Positions 63,751 to 64,000 of a stretch of DNA of 64,000 nt are shown in pieces. The notes below the pieces were generated by a model, which was not told the DNA's origin, made no database searches, and saw nothing but the letters and a program-made list of their open reading frames with translations. Origin of the DNA: Botryllus schlosseri. Its lineage: Eukaryota. Numbering within the stretch: the stretch's first letter is position 1; each line of letters opens with the position of its first letter. The DNA lies in contig CM119372.1 in the NCBI GenBank assembly GCA_051294905.1, positions 31,622,001 to 31,686,000 of the forward strand, given 5' to 3'. The translations under genes and the position numbers were made by a program.

Positions 63751-63999
63751 CTATAAAAGCGGTATCTCAAAGCATTGAAACTGTGCGTTAGACTGTATTG
63801 GGGTTGTTACTGCGATAGGATTTGACTTTTCATTAGAATCGAAAGTGTCAGGTCCGTGAAGTTGCTGCCATAATTTCTCTCTTGTCTGTCCCGGCATAAC
63901 ACCAAGAATGCATTCGCTGACATTTGGCTCGAATAGCTGCCAGGACGCTGAAGTAACAGCATTCGGGTCAGGGGTGTCCTTATCGGCATATTTTTCAGG
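63751..63999 (-). CDS. C-terminal coding end of an unidentified convergent gene (runs off the window)
   Basis: Frame open from the window edge: PEKYADKDTPDPNAVTSASWQLFEPNVSECILGVMPGQTREKLWQQLHGPDTFDSNEKSNPIAVTTPIQSNAQFQCFEIPLL*. Minus-strand AATAAA candidates lie downstream (~63250, ~62940, ~62710). Confidence 0.5.
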   Translation of the reverse strand, partial: PEKYADKDTPDPNAVTSASWQLFEPNVSECILGVMPGQTREKLWQQLHGPDTFDSNEKSNPIAVTTPIQSNAQFQCFEIPLL

Positions 64000-64000
64000 A

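Overview
Repeat-rich animal genomic DNA. An invertebrate chordate such as an ascidian is plausible from the gene and SINE types, but the taxon is inferred, not shown. The first ~50 kb is mostly nested transposons: many hAT-type MITEs with 8-bp TSDs, tRNA-derived SINEs, a 3-kb complex satellite, a truncated Ty1/copia element, a Penelope-like fragment, LINE fragments and an old BEL/Pao element. The main structure is a 13.6-kb element (23024-36633) with Polinton/Maverick-type ends (5'-AGTAGT...ACTACT-3', perfect 6-bp TSD GCCATC). It is almost entirely a palindrome: two ~6-kb near-identical inverted arms around a ~1-kb spacer, with no recognisable Polinton core gene, so it may be a copy-back (defective) Polinton. 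It is nested inside a MITE, and a paralogous empty copy of the host locus lies nearby. The BEL/Pao element has strongly diverged LTRs but a 641-codon open Gag-like frame. The last 12 kb holds host genes: ATG2 with an intronless 2042-aa CDS, a two-exon M6/proteolipid-family gene whose second exon is absent from the ORF track, and the 3' end of an unidentified convergent gene.
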